Sequence record: NZ_CP025194.1
Source of the DNA: a plasmid
DNA length: 50,633 nucleotides
Strand: one strand, 5' to 3'
Part shown: piece by piece, positions 9,369-18,132 of the stretch
Layout: each line of letters starts with the position of its first letter
How positions within the stretch are numbered: position 1 is the first letter of the stretch
Made by a program: the position numbers and the translations under genes
The notes under the pieces: model-generated
What the model was told of the DNA's origin: nothing
The model's input: the letters and a program-made list of their open reading frames with translations, nothing else
Database searches by the model: none

Positions 9369-9519
9369 CGCCGGTGCGCTCGTGCCGCCCGGCACCGATC
9401 TGGCCTTCCACGTCGGCCTCCATCAGCATCTGCAGCACCGCCTCCGCGACACTGCGCAGGAAGTTACCATCTCCTGCTTTCGCCAGCAGGTCCGCCAGTG
9501 GCAATCTCTCCTCGGTCAT
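9369..9519 (-). pseudogene. IS256-family transposase N-terminal fragment (copy 2)
   Basis: Identical to 1966..2116. Confidence 0.6.
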
Positions 9520-9818
9520 CGGGTCCTCGGCCGGTCAGGGGTGGGAGCGTCGCAACTCCACGCTAGCCGCCAGGTCCGATGGCCACCCAAGCCCTACATC
9601 CCGGCCAACGCCGGATTTTCTACCACCTCCGCGGCGTTACCGACGGCAGAGATCACACCATCTCGCGCTACCAAGACCTGCCGCGGCCCGAAAGATGGCA
9701 GAACTGAGCTCTCCGAGCCCTTCCGCGCACACGTCTCGTAAGCAACAGGATGCGCCCTTGCGGATCAACTTGTATGCACTACAATTATGTAGTGCGTGAA
9801 GAGCTACGGAGGTTCATC

Positions 9819-10061
9819 ATGGGTGTACCGATCTCCATCCGCCTGGATGACGAGGTGCGGGCCGAGCTGGAGGCCCAGGCCCAATCGCGGGGCATCGGCT
9901 TGGCTACCCTGCTGCGCGATCTCGCGACCGAGGCGGCCCGCGCGACGCGGCGTGCCCGCATCCGGCAGGCCAGCGCGGTGGTCGGCACCCGCGTCGCCGC
10001 GTCCGACGAGGCGCGGGCCTTCTACGAGGACTGGGGCACGCCGCGCGCCGATGCCGGCTGA
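9819..10061 (+). CDS. RHH antitoxin (copy 2)
   Basis: Identical to 2416..2658. Confidence 0.6.
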   Translation: MGVPISIRLDDEVRAELEAQAQSRGIGLATLLRDLATEAARATRRARIRQASAVVGTRVAASDEARAFYEDWGTPRADAG

Positions 10062-10425
10062 CCCGCCCCTCGCCCTCAGGGCGGGACAGATCGTGCTGGC
10101 TGACTGGCGCGGCGACGCCCTGCCCAAGGAGCCGAACAAGCGGCGCCCGGCCGTGGTGGTGGAGGATGACGGCCTGTTCGCACCGTCCTACCCGAACGCC
10201 ATCCTGGTGCCGCTGACCGAGGACGACGGGTTGGTCATTCCCGACTTGGCGGTAGCCATCGCGCCGACAGCGGAGAACGGCTGCAGCAAGCCATGCTGGG
10301 CGGTATCGCACCTGGTCGCCACCACCTCCAAGCTGCGACTGAGGGCGACCGCGTCGCACATCACGCCCGAGCAGCTGGCCGCCATCCGCCGGCAGGTCGC
10401 GCTCGCGGTCGGCGTGGAAGGATAG
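10051..10425 (+). CDS. PemK/MazF-family toxin (copy 2)
   Basis: Identical to 2648..3022. Confidence 0.7.
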   Translation: MPADPPLALRAGQIVLADWRGDALPKEPNKRRPAVVVEDDGLFAPSYPNAILVPLTEDDGLVIPDLAVAIAPTAENGCSKPCWAVSHLVATTSKLRLRATASHITPEQLAAIRRQVALAVGVEG

Positions 10426-10444
10426 CCCGTTCATCCCCTCAGGC

Positions 10445-11274
10445 GGCATTGTCACGTTGGCCAGCTCTGGCTGGAACGAACTCGTCAGGCGAAGCTGGCG
10501 GCATGCCGTCCGAGCCCACCACCTACCCCGGCTACCGTTTCCCGGCCGAGGTCATCCAGCATGCTGTCTGGCTCTACCACCTGTTCAGCCTGAGCCTACG
10601 CGACATCGAGCTGATCCTGGCCGAGCGGGGCGTAGTGGTCAGCTACGAGAGTATCCGTCGCTGGTGCCTCCGCTTCGGCACGGAGTTCGCGGCCAAGCTG
10701 CGCAAGCGGCGGCCAAGACCGGGCGACACCTGGCACATGGATGAAGTTTACCTGAAGATCAACGGCGAGCTCTTTTATCTCTGGCGCGCGGTGGATCAGC
10801 ACGGAGTCGTGCTCGACATCCTGGTGCAGGAGCGCCGCAATGCCACGGCCGCCAAACGCTTCTTCAAGCGCCTGCTGGTGGGCCTCCAGTATAGACCCCG
10901 CAAGATCGTCACCGATGGGCTCCGCAGCTATGGCGTTGCACAGCGAGAGGTCCTACCCGGTGTGCAGCATCGGACCAGCCGCTACCTGAACAATCGTGCC
11001 GAGAATTCCCATAGGCCGACCCGACGTCGAGAACGCGCGATGCAGCGCTTCAAGTCAGCCGGGCAAGCCCAGCGGTTTTTGTCGGCGCACGCGATGATCT
11101 ATGGCCACTTCCGTCCGCGGCGGCACCTGATGGCCGCCGATCAATACCGGCGCGAGCGCTCCAAGGCCTTTCGGATCTGGCGGCAGGAGACGTGTGCCCA
11201 TATGGCGGCGTAAGGTCACGCAAACTCCGCCTCGCGGTCAAACTTGCTCGGTCCCCAAACAACGTGACAATGCC
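10445..11274 (+). mobile_element. IS6-family IS type B (copy 2). Left arm of the composite structure around the dehydrogenase gene.
   Basis: Same terminal repeats as copy 1. Its right-hand terminal repeat ends at 11274, after which unique lower-GC sequence begins. Confidence 0.85.
10503..11213 (+). CDS. tnp: IS6-family transposase (type B, copy 2)
   Basis: Identical to 3100..3810. Confidence 0.9.
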   Translation: MPSEPTTYPGYRFPAEVIQHAVWLYHLFSLSLRDIELILAERGVVVSYESIRRWCLRFGTEFAAKLRKRRPRPGDTWHMDEVYLKINGELFYLWRAVDQHGVVLDILVQERRNATAAKRFFKRLLVGLQYRPRKIVTDGLRSYGVAQREVLPGVQHRTSRYLNNRAENSHRPTRRRERAMQRFKSAGQAQRFLSAHAMIYGHFRPRRHLMAADQYRRERSKAFRIWRQETCAHMAA

Positions 11275-11402
11275 CCCGCAAGATATCGGCGCCGGAAGGA
11301 TGTCGGCGGGCTAATCGCGTGGTTCCTCGTCGCTTGTTGACTTGTGCGACGTTGACGAGAAGCATAATCGGTTGAGCGCCGCTAAAATTAGGGAGATAGG
11401 TC

Positions 11403-12578
11403 ATGCGCGCACTATGCTGGCACGGTAAGGGTGATATTCGCTGCGACACTGTCGCCGATCCGGAGATCATGCATCCCCGGGATGCCATCATAAAAGTTAC
11501 TGCTTGCGCGATTTGCGGTTCGGATCTCCACCTTTTTGATGGTTACATGCCTACCATGGAGGCCGGCGACATCCTCGGCCACGAGAACATGGGCGAGGTC
11601 GTGGCGCTCGGGTCCGAGGTCACCAACCTCAAGATCGGGGACCGGGTGGTGGTGCCGTTCACGATCAGCTGCGGCGATTGCTGGTTCTGCAAGAAGGGTC
11701 TGTTTGCGGCCTGCGATCGGACCAATCCGAACGCCGAGATGGCCGCCAAGGCGATGGGCCATTCGCCCGCCGGGCTGTTCGGCTTCAGCCACATGCTGGG
11801 CGGCTACTGCGGCGGCCAGGCGGAGTATCTCCGCGTGCCGATGGCGGATGTCGGTCCGATCAAGATTCCCGACAACGTTACCGATGAGCAGGCCCTCTTC
11901 CTATCGGATATCTTCCCGACCGGCTACATGGCCGCCGAGAATGCGCAGATCGAGCATGGCGACACCGTCGCGATCTGGGGCTGCGGTCCGGTCGGCCAGT
12001 TCGCCATCCGCTCCGCGCTGATGATGGGCGCCGGCCGCGTGATCGCGATCGACGAGGTGCCCGAGCGACTCGCCATGGCGGAGGCCGGTGGCGCTGAGAC
12101 GATTAACTTCGCCGAAACCGATGTCTATGACGAGCTGCAGGCGCGAACCAAGGGCCGGGGCCCCGACAGCTGCATCGATGCTGTCGGCTGCGAGGCGGCC
12201 GCGCACGGGGCGGCGGACGCGGTCATGGACAAGGTGAAGGCAAGCATGATGCTCGCCACTGATCGCGTCCACGTCCTGCGGCAGGCGATCATGAGCTGCC
12301 GCAAGGGCGGCACGGTCTCCGTGCCCGGCGTCTACGTCGGGATGGGTGACAAGCTTCCAATCGGTGCAGCGATGAACAAGGGGCTGACGATCAAGCTTGG
12401 GCAGACCCACGTGCAACGTTACACCAAGCCGCTACTGGATAAGATCGTCGCGGGCGAGATCGATCCCAGCTTTGTGATCACGCATCCGGCCAGTCTTGAG
12501 GACGCGCCCGAGATGTACGCCAAGTTCCGTGACAAGCAGGAAGGTGTAATCAAGGTTGTCATGCGGCCGCACGGCTGA
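11403..12578 (+). CDS. Zinc-dependent alcohol dehydrogenase family protein (glutathione-independent formaldehyde dehydrogenase-like)
   Basis: 391 aa. Catalytic Zn ligands (C..H..E), structural-Zn Cys cluster [15 protein letters not shown], Rossmann motif GCGPVGQ. RBS agggaga upstream. Region GC is visibly lower than the flanks. Confidence 0.85.
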   Translation: MRALCWHGKGDIRCDTVADPEIMHPRDAIIKVTACAICGSDLHLFDGYMPTMEAGDILGHENMGEVVALGSEVTNLKIGDRVVVPFTISCGDCWFCKKGLFAACDRTNPNAEMAAKAMGHSPAGLFGFSHMLGGYCGGQAEYLRVPMADVGPIKIPDNVTDEQALFLSDIFPTGYMAAENAQIEHGDTVAIWGCGPVGQFAIRSALMMGAGRVIAIDEVPERLAMAEAGGAETINFAETDVYDELQARTKGRGPDSCIDAVGCEAAAHGAADAVMDKVKASMMLATDRVHVLRQAIMSCRKGGTVSVPGVYVGMGDKLPIGAAMNKGLTIKLGQTHVQRYTKPLLDKIVAGEIDPSFVITHPASLEDAPEMYAKFRDKQEGVIKVVMRPHG

Positions 12579-12618
12579 TTAGCGGAACAACCGGGAACAG
12601 GACGCTTATCGATGCCGA

Positions 12619-12659
12619 TCGACACCGCCGCTGTGGAGCACGTGTAGCGGCGGTGTCGA
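12619..12659 (+). terminator. Strong hairpin downstream of the dehydrogenase gene (14-bp perfect stem tcgacaccgccgct / agcggcggtgtcga, 13-nt loop)
   Basis: Read directly. No U-tract follows, so intrinsic-terminator function is uncertain. Confidence 0.4.
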
Positions 12660-12725
12660 TCAGCTTGCGACCAAGTATGTCGGCAGACCTAGGCAGCTGC
12701 CTTTAGCCGAGCGTGCCGCCTGGTC

Positions 12726-13238
12726 GGCATTGTCACGTTGTTTGGGGACCGAGCAAGTTTGACCGCGAGGCGGAGTTTGCGTGACCTTACGCCGCCATAT
12801 GGGCACACGTCTCCTGCCGCCAGATCCGAAAGGCCTTGGAGCGCTCGCGCCGGTATTGATCGGCGGCCATCAGGTGCCGCCGCGGACGGAAGTGGCCATA
12901 GATCATCGCGTGCGCCGACAAAAACCGCTGGGCTTGCCCGGCTGACTTGAAGCGCTGCATCGCGCGTTCTCGACGTCGGGTCGGCCTATGGGAATTCTCG
13001 GCACGATTGTTCAGGTAGCGGCTGGTCCGATGCTGCACACCGGGTAGGACCTCTCGCTGTGCAACGCCATAGCTGCGGAGCCCATCGGTGACGATCTTGC
13101 GGGGTCTATACTGGAGGCCCACCAGCAGGCGCTTGAAGAAGCGTTTGGCGGCCGTGGCATTGCGGCGCTCCTGCACCAGGATGTCGAGCACGAATCCGTG
13201 CTGATCCACCGCGCGCCAGAGATAAAAGGTATCCATCC
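12726..13238 (-). mobile_element. IS6-family IS type B, truncated copy 3 (513 bp, inverted relative to copy 2)
   Basis: The GGCATTGTCACGTTGTTTGGGG terminus at 12726 faces the dehydrogenase gene. Homology to full copies ends at 13238 (gataaaag|). Confidence 0.8.
12787..13238 (-). pseudogene. IS6-B transposase lacking ~85 N-terminal residues
   Basis: The ORF 12787..13284 matches the transposase from FYLWRAVDQHG onward. Its upstream 19 aa are non-IS sequence. Confidence 0.8.
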
Positions 13239-13305
13239 GGCCAAGGCCGCGGGGTACCCATCCGGCCGAGGACGCGGTTGCCAAGGGCTGTAATGCTGGC
13301 CCCGT

Positions 13306-13512
13306 TCAGCGCTTCTGGTCGAGGCTGAGCTCCTTGAGGCTTTCGATGCCACGTTCGGTGAACCCGAGCGTGGCGCGGTCATCGGTGTCGTAGATCCAGA
13401 GGCGGCCGTCCTCGGGTTCGAGCTGGTCGGCGAGTTCCTCCAGCCATTCCTCGGTCTCGCCGAGCATCTCGGCGGCGCGGGTGATGGTGAACACGCAGCT
13501 CGGGGCGGCCAT
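13306..13512 (-). CDS. 68-aa hypothetical protein in the passenger position directly after the IS66 tnpC remnant
   Basis: The ATG lies 3 bp after the tnpC stop (tga cca atg). Acidic; no recognisable family. Confidence 0.3.
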   Translation of the reverse strand: MAAPSCVFTITRAAEMLGETEEWLEELADQLEPEDGRLWIYDTDDRATLGFTERGIESLKELSLDQKR

Positions 13513-13515
13513 TGG

Positions 13516-13963
13516 TCAGGCGGCCTGGGCAACTGCGGTGGCCTCACGGGCCGCGCGCCAGTTCCAGGGCAGCAACTCGTGCAGGCGGGAGGCGGGATGG
13601 CCGGCGATGCGGGCGAGGACGTCTGCCAGCCAGGCACGCGGATCGACGTCGTTCAGCTTGGCGGTGTAGATCAGCGAGACCATGGCCGCGGCTCGGTCGC
13701 CCCCGCGATCGCTGCCGGCGAACAACCACGCCTTTCTGCCGAGAGCTATACCTCTCAGCGCGCGTTCGGCAGCATTGTTCGTCAGGCAGATCCGGCCGTC
13801 GCTGAGGAACCGGGCGAAGGTCTCCCAGCGGGTCAGCATGTAGTCCATGGCCTTGGCGACCGGGTTGTGGCGGGACAGCTTGCCGCGGCTTTCGCGCATC
13901 CAGGTTTCGAGCCCGGCGACGAGCGGCGCGATGTGCTGCTGGCGGACGGCCAGCCGCGCCGCG
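13516..13963 (-). pseudogene. IS66-family TnpC transposase C-terminal ~150 aa, N-terminus removed by IS21 insertion
   Basis: ICLTNNAAERALRGIALGRKAWLFAGSDRGGDRAAAM..KLNDVDPRAWLADVLARIAGHP..LLPWNW is ~85% identical to the complete TnpC at 42610..44202. Homology starts at the IS21 terminus at 13964. Confidence 0.8.
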
Positions 13964-14037
13964 GCAGGCAGCCTGTCAATCGGCATTGAATGGGGACCCC
14001 AGATCGGCGCGCAAAAGGGACCCCTCTTGTAAGGCGT

Positions 14038-14765
14038 TCAGGCGCGGTTCTTGAATCGCCAACTGTCGTTGCCGGTCTCGACGATGTCGCAGTGGTGAGT
14101 GAGGCGGTCGAGCAAGGCGGTGGTCATCTTGGCGTCCCCAAAGACGCTGGGCCATTCACCAAAGGCGAGGTTGGTGGTGACGATGACCGAGGTCTGCTCG
14201 TAGAGGCGGCTGACCAGGTGGAACAGCAACTGGCCGCCGGACTGGGCGAACGGCAGGTAGCCAAGCTCGTCGAGGACAACGAAATCCAGGCGGCAGAGAT
14301 GATCGGCGATGCGCCCTTGTCGTCCGGCCCGGGTCTCGGCCTCGAGGCGGTTCACCAGGTCAACCACGTTGTAGAACCGTCCGCGCGCTCCATCGCGGAT
14401 GCAGGCCCGGGCAATGGCGATAGCCAAATGGGTTTTGCCCGTGCCGGTGCCACCGACGAGCACCACGTTGCGCTGCTGGGCCAGGAACCCGCCCCCGCGA
14501 GATCACGGACCAGAGCCTCGTTGACCGGGGTACCGTCGAACCCGAACTCGTCCACGTCCTTGGCCAGCGGCAGCTTGGCGGTGGTGATCTGGTACTTGAT
14601 CGAGCGCGCCTGCTTCTCGGCGATCTCGGCCGAGACAAAGTCGCCGATGACCTGCTGTGGCTCATGTTGGCGTTTGACGGCGGCCGTGATGATGGCGTCA
14701 AACGCCGCGCGCATGCCGTAGAGCTTGAGCTCGCCCATGGTGGCGAGGATAGCGGTGCGTTCCAT
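14038..14765 (-). pseudogene. istB: IS21 helper ATPase IstB with a 1-bp deletion frameshift (~14486)
   Basis: N-terminus MERTAILATMGELKLYGMRAAFD and Walker [14 protein letters not shown] lie in different frames. ccaggaacccgcccccgcgag here versus ccaggaacccgccacccgcgag in copy II. Confidence 0.75.
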
Positions 14766-16264
14766 CAGGGTCCTCTCCTCAGGCTGTCGTAGCGGGTGCA
14801 GTCGGCCAGCGGCGCATGCCGCAGCCGGAGCGCCTCCGGGGTCAGGATGGTCACCGGCGGCGGTGGCTCGCGCTGGCGGGCGAGGATGTTGAGGATGACG
14901 TCGGCCGAGTGGACGCCCTCGCGCAGCGCCTCGCTGCAAGCGGCCTCGACCGCAGCCAGACCGTCGTCCAACACCCTGGTCAGGATCTCCACCATCTGCC
15001 GGTCGCCATCGGCGGCCGCGGCCAGCTTGCGGCGGACCCGTTCCAGTGCACCGGGCAGCAGCCAGTCCTTGAACGGTGCCCCGTTGCGCAGCGCTCCAGG
15101 TTTGCGCGCCAGCACGGGCACGTAGTGCCAGGGGTCGAACACCGTCTGGTCCCGGCCGAACACGCGCCGGTGCTCGCCCACCACCCGGCCGTCCTGGCGC
15201 AGCTCGATCCGCTCGGCATAGGCCCGGATCTCGACCGGCCGCCCCACCGCGCTCGCCATCACCGAGTACTTGTTGTTGTCGAACCGCACCAGGCAGGTCT
15301 TGGACACCGCGGCAGGCACGGCATGGAACCCGTCGAACCGTCCGGCATAGGGCACCAGGCTTGGCCGCTCCGCCTCGAACGCCTCCCAGACTGTCCGCTC
15401 CCTCTGCTCCGGATGCCGATTGGCCCGGGCATGGGACACGCACCGGTCCAGCAGAAGGGCGTTCAGCTCCTCGTAGCTCCTCACCCGCAGTCGCGGCGTA
15501 AAGAACCGCTCCCGCACCAGCCCGACCTGGTTCTCGACCTGACCTTTCTCCCAGCCTGAGGCCGGAGTGCAGGCCACCGGCTCGACCAGGTAGTGGCTGC
15601 ACATGCGCAGGAAACGCCGGTTGTAGGCACGATCCCGTCCCACCAGGATCGCGTCCACCGCCGTGCGCATGTTGTCGTAGATGCCCCGCGTGCAGGTGCC
15701 GCGAAAGAAGGCGAACGCCCGGTCATGGGCGTCGAACACCATCTCCTGCGTCTCGCGCGGATAAGCGCGAACGAACAGCATCCGGCTGTAGCATAGCCTC
15801 ACATGCGCGACCTTGACGGTTACCGTCGTGCCGCCGATCAGCACGACCTCGTGGCTCCAGTCGAACTGGTACGCCTCGCCCGGCGCGAAGCTCAGCGGCA
15901 CGAAGGCTGCTGCCACCGCCGTCGCCCGTGACGCCTGCCACCCCCGCGCATGGCGCCGGACCGCGTCGTAGCCGCCCTCATATCCCAGCCCACGCAGCGC
16001 CTCGTAGACCCGCACCAGCGTCAGCCGCTCGCGCCGCGGCCGCGCCTCGTTCGCCTCCAGCAGGCGCTCCAGATCGGCCTGCCAAGGTCCCAGCTTGGGC
16101 TGCGGCTGCCGCGCCCGGCTGTAGCGGAATTCCGTCTCCCCGGACCGCAGAACCTTCCGGACCACCTTTCGCGAAATCCCGAGCTCGCGACAGATCGCCT
16201 TGATCGACTTGCCCTGCACCCAGTGCAGGCGCCGGATCTTTGCCACCGTCTCCACGACCAGCAT
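14765..16264 (-). CDS. istA: IS21-family transposase IstA (copy I, intact, 499 aa)
   Basis: N-terminal HTH, DDE core (AYQFDWSH..) and C-terminal domain. Stop overlaps the istB start (ATGA). Confidence 0.9.
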   Translation of the reverse strand: MLVVETVAKIRRLHWVQGKSIKAICRELGISRKVVRKVLRSGETEFRYSRARQPQPKLGPWQADLERLLEANEARPRRERLTLVRVYEALRGLGYEGGYDAVRRHARGWQASRATAVAAAFVPLSFAPGEAYQFDWSHEVVLIGGTTVTVKVAHVRLCYSRMLFVRAYPRETQEMVFDAHDRAFAFFRGTCTRGIYDNMRTAVDAILVGRDRAYNRRFLRMCSHYLVEPVACTPASGWEKGQVENQVGLVRERFFTPRLRVRSYEELNALLLDRCVSHARANRHPEQRERTVWEAFEAERPSLVPYAGRFDGFHAVPAAVSKTCLVRFDNNKYSVMASAVGRPVEIRAYAERIELRQDGRVVGEHRRVFGRDQTVFDPWHYVPVLARKPGALRNGAPFKDWLLPGALERVRRKLAAAADGDRQMVEILTRVLDDGLAAVEAACSEALREGVHSADVILNILARQREPPPPVTILTPEALRLRHAPLADCTRYDSLRRGP

Positions 16265-16378
16265 CCCAGCCCTGGCTCCCGATCATCCCGGGAACCACTG
16301 TGAACCCCGCCGTCAGTGGGGTCCCGTTTGGACGCCGATCACCCCTCCAACAGGGTTCCTATTCCATGCCGTTCCACA

Positions 16379-16615
16379 GTCGTGCGGTGTGCGGGCGAGA
16401 GCACCTGCCTGCGTCGGTCCTTTCGAGAAGCCCAGCACGACTACCTCAGCGTTCGGATTCCCCCACGCGCAGGGATTGGCGGTGATGCGCCAGTTCGTGC
16501 TGCCGGTCCGGCTCGCGTCGAACACCACCGCCTCGCCACCGAAGCAGGCGGTGCAGGCGACGCGGCCGTGGTCGGGAAGACGCCCCTCACCCGATGGCTG
16601 CATGTCCATCAGCAT
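16379..16615 (-). pseudogene. Putative zinc-ribbon (MqsA/YgiT-like) antitoxin candidate, C-terminus removed by IS21 copy I
   Basis: The ORF 16313..16687 starts overlapping the DUF4258 gene (Met candidates at 16615/16609/16603), contains a CTAC cysteine pair, and reads into the IS21 terminus. Confidence 0.3.
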
Positions 16616-16634
16616 GTCCTGATCTCCTGTCGGC

Positions 16635-16943
16635 TCAACGATGCCACCTGCGGCAGCGTGGCGCCACGGTGCGAATTGTGCCGTCATCGTCTATGATCAC
16701 GTAGGCATCGAGTTGCGGACCGAGTACGTTCAGGGCACGAGGGCCGCCGAGATGCCGCTCGATGCGACGGCGGGCCGCCTTGTTCGCGAAATGGGTCCAG
16801 CCGTCCCGGGTGCGCTCGCACTGCCCGAAGCGCAACAGGAGGTCGATGGCGAAGGGGCCGATACTGCGCTGCTGTGAGCGCTTGCGGGCGTGCCTGCTGA
16901 GCGGCAGGTCCATGGCCTCGCTCTCCCACACGGTGGCGCTCAT
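16635..16943 (-). CDS. DUF4258-domain protein (putative toxin-like)
   Basis: N-terminal LSRHARKRSQQRSI motif characteristic of DUF4258. 102 aa. Confidence 0.5.
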   Translation of the reverse strand: MSATVWESEAMDLPLSRHARKRSQQRSIGPFAIDLLLRFGQCERTRDGWTHFANKAARRRIERHLGGPRALNVLGPQLDAYVIIDDDGTIRTVAPRCRRWHR

Positions 16944-17989
16944 CGCACCACCTCCACCAGCCGATGCTCGATCTCAGCGCGAGGATATGCTTTCCACTGT
17001 GGCTCACCGCGCACGATGCCCCAGTTTCCGGCTTGGTTGGGACGGCGCCAGCGCGGCGGATGCATCTCCTTGAGTGCATCCAGTGCCTCGAAGAAGTCGT
17101 GCTTCACGACTTCCCTGCCCTTCTCGCCGATACGCCAGCCGATGATGCCGTTGCGGGTCCTGCGCCCGTACTCCGGCTTGAAGGGCTCGCCATCGGCGTC
17201 CACGGGCAGGTACACCGTCGTTTCGCCAACGGGGGTATCTCCCGCCTCCCAGGTCAGCATATCGTCGTTCGGATCCAGCCACCGCGAGCGCCGGAACTTC
17301 CGGGGGCGCGCAGCCAGCAGCCACCGGTGAACGTCGGAAGCTGCGCACATCCCACCCTCCTGTCTCGGCAAGCTCCCGGTGCTCATGGCGTTCAGCACGC
17401 TGCGCTCGTCCACGCGGCCCAGTAACGCGATCTCACTACTACTGAGAGGCTCCTCGTTGTCGAGTTTCCAGCGTGCGAGAGCGGAGGCGTGCAGACGGGC
17501 CAGTGGCCAAGTCTCACCGTGGCGCGACGGATGCCAGTCGGAAGGAAGCCTCTTCAGCAGGCGGCTGGTGCGTTCGATTAGCGCCGCAATGTGTGTGTGA
17601 CGCTGCTCGATGCTGTCCACCATATCGCGCGGGAGAAGGACGACGCCGTCGATGACGTAGGCGTAGAGGTCGTTGAAATCGTTGTAGGACGGAAGGTAGT
17701 CTTCCCGCAGCGTGGACTCATAGAACTCCGGGAAGCTCACGACACTGCGCCAGTCTCCCGCTTCGAGAGCGCGTGTTTCCTCGCCGAACCGCGTCCCGAT
17801 GGCACCTTGTGTGCCCGCCCATACCTGATGCACGAGCGCCTGCATCGCTTTCGCGGCAGGCTTCGTGCCTGCGACAGCCTCCAATGTCTCGCCGAGCCAG
17901 AGGAACAGCTCGCAGAATTGGGCGTTGTTGGTGACTTCCGTGTTGAAGCGGTCTGGCCAAGGCATGCTCTCGATATTGTCCACAGGCAC
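16940..17989 (-). CDS. Hypothetical protein (349 aa), no recognisable domain
   Basis: Long ORF with a 4-bp overlap to the downstream DUF4258 gene. The upstream intergenic region (17990..18132) is AT-rich with TGATCA repeats. Confidence 0.4.
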   Translation of the reverse strand: MPVDNIESMPWPDRFNTEVTNNAQFCELFLWLGETLEAVAGTKPAAKAMQALVHQVWAGTQGAIGTRFGEETRALEAGDWRSVVSFPEFYESTLREDYLPSYNDFNDLYAYVIDGVVLLPRDMVDSIEQRHTHIAALIERTSRLLKRLPSDWHPSRHGETWPLARLHASALARWKLDNEEPLSSSEIALLGRVDERSVLNAMSTGSLPRQEGGMCAASDVHRWLLAARPRKFRRSRWLDPNDDMLTWEAGDTPVGETTVYLPVDADGEPFKPEYGRRTRNGIIGWRIGEKGREVVKHDFFEALDALKEMHPPRWRRPNQAGNWGIVRGEPQWKAYPRAEIEHRLVEVVR

Positions 17990-18009
17990 TTTGCTGCTCC
18001 GATCAGCAG

Positions 18010-18132
18010 GGGCTTACGATGATTGTTTTGATCATAGGAAGATCATCTAAGATTCCAGGCGAGTGCGCAAGGGCTAAAGATGATCATTGAGATCATCGAT
18101 GGCCCTATTTCCTGTGAGCGTCGATTGGACGA
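18010..18132. promoter_or_regulatory. AT-rich intergenic region with four GATCAT/TGATCA palindromic motifs. Candidate promoter or operator for 16940..17989.
   Basis: ttttgatcatagg, aagatcatcta, agatgatcattgagatcatcgatgg, read directly. Confidence 0.3.

Larger units (their letters stand above)
13964..16378 (-). mobile_element. IS21-family insertion sequence, type 1, copy I (~2.4 kb)
   Basis: Termini TGTCAATCGGCA (13964..) and the reverse complement of TGTGGAACGGCA (ending 16378). Carries istA plus frameshifted istB. Second copy at 34955..37372. Confidence 0.85.

Noticed and set aside
11281-11402. Sigma70-like promoter upstream of the dehydrogenase gene (ttgact / ttgacg / cataat / taaaat hexamers)
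   Set aside because: No -35/-10 pair has acceptable spacing (5, 20 or 25 bp), so no promoter is called.
14352-15602. 416-aa minus-strand ORF and other long Arg/Ala-rich ORFs inside the IS21 copies and at 18194..19329, 20058..21542, 20411..21292
   Set aside because: Alternative-frame artefacts of high GC content. Only their 3' portion (the IstB N-terminus) is real, in the case of 14352..15602.
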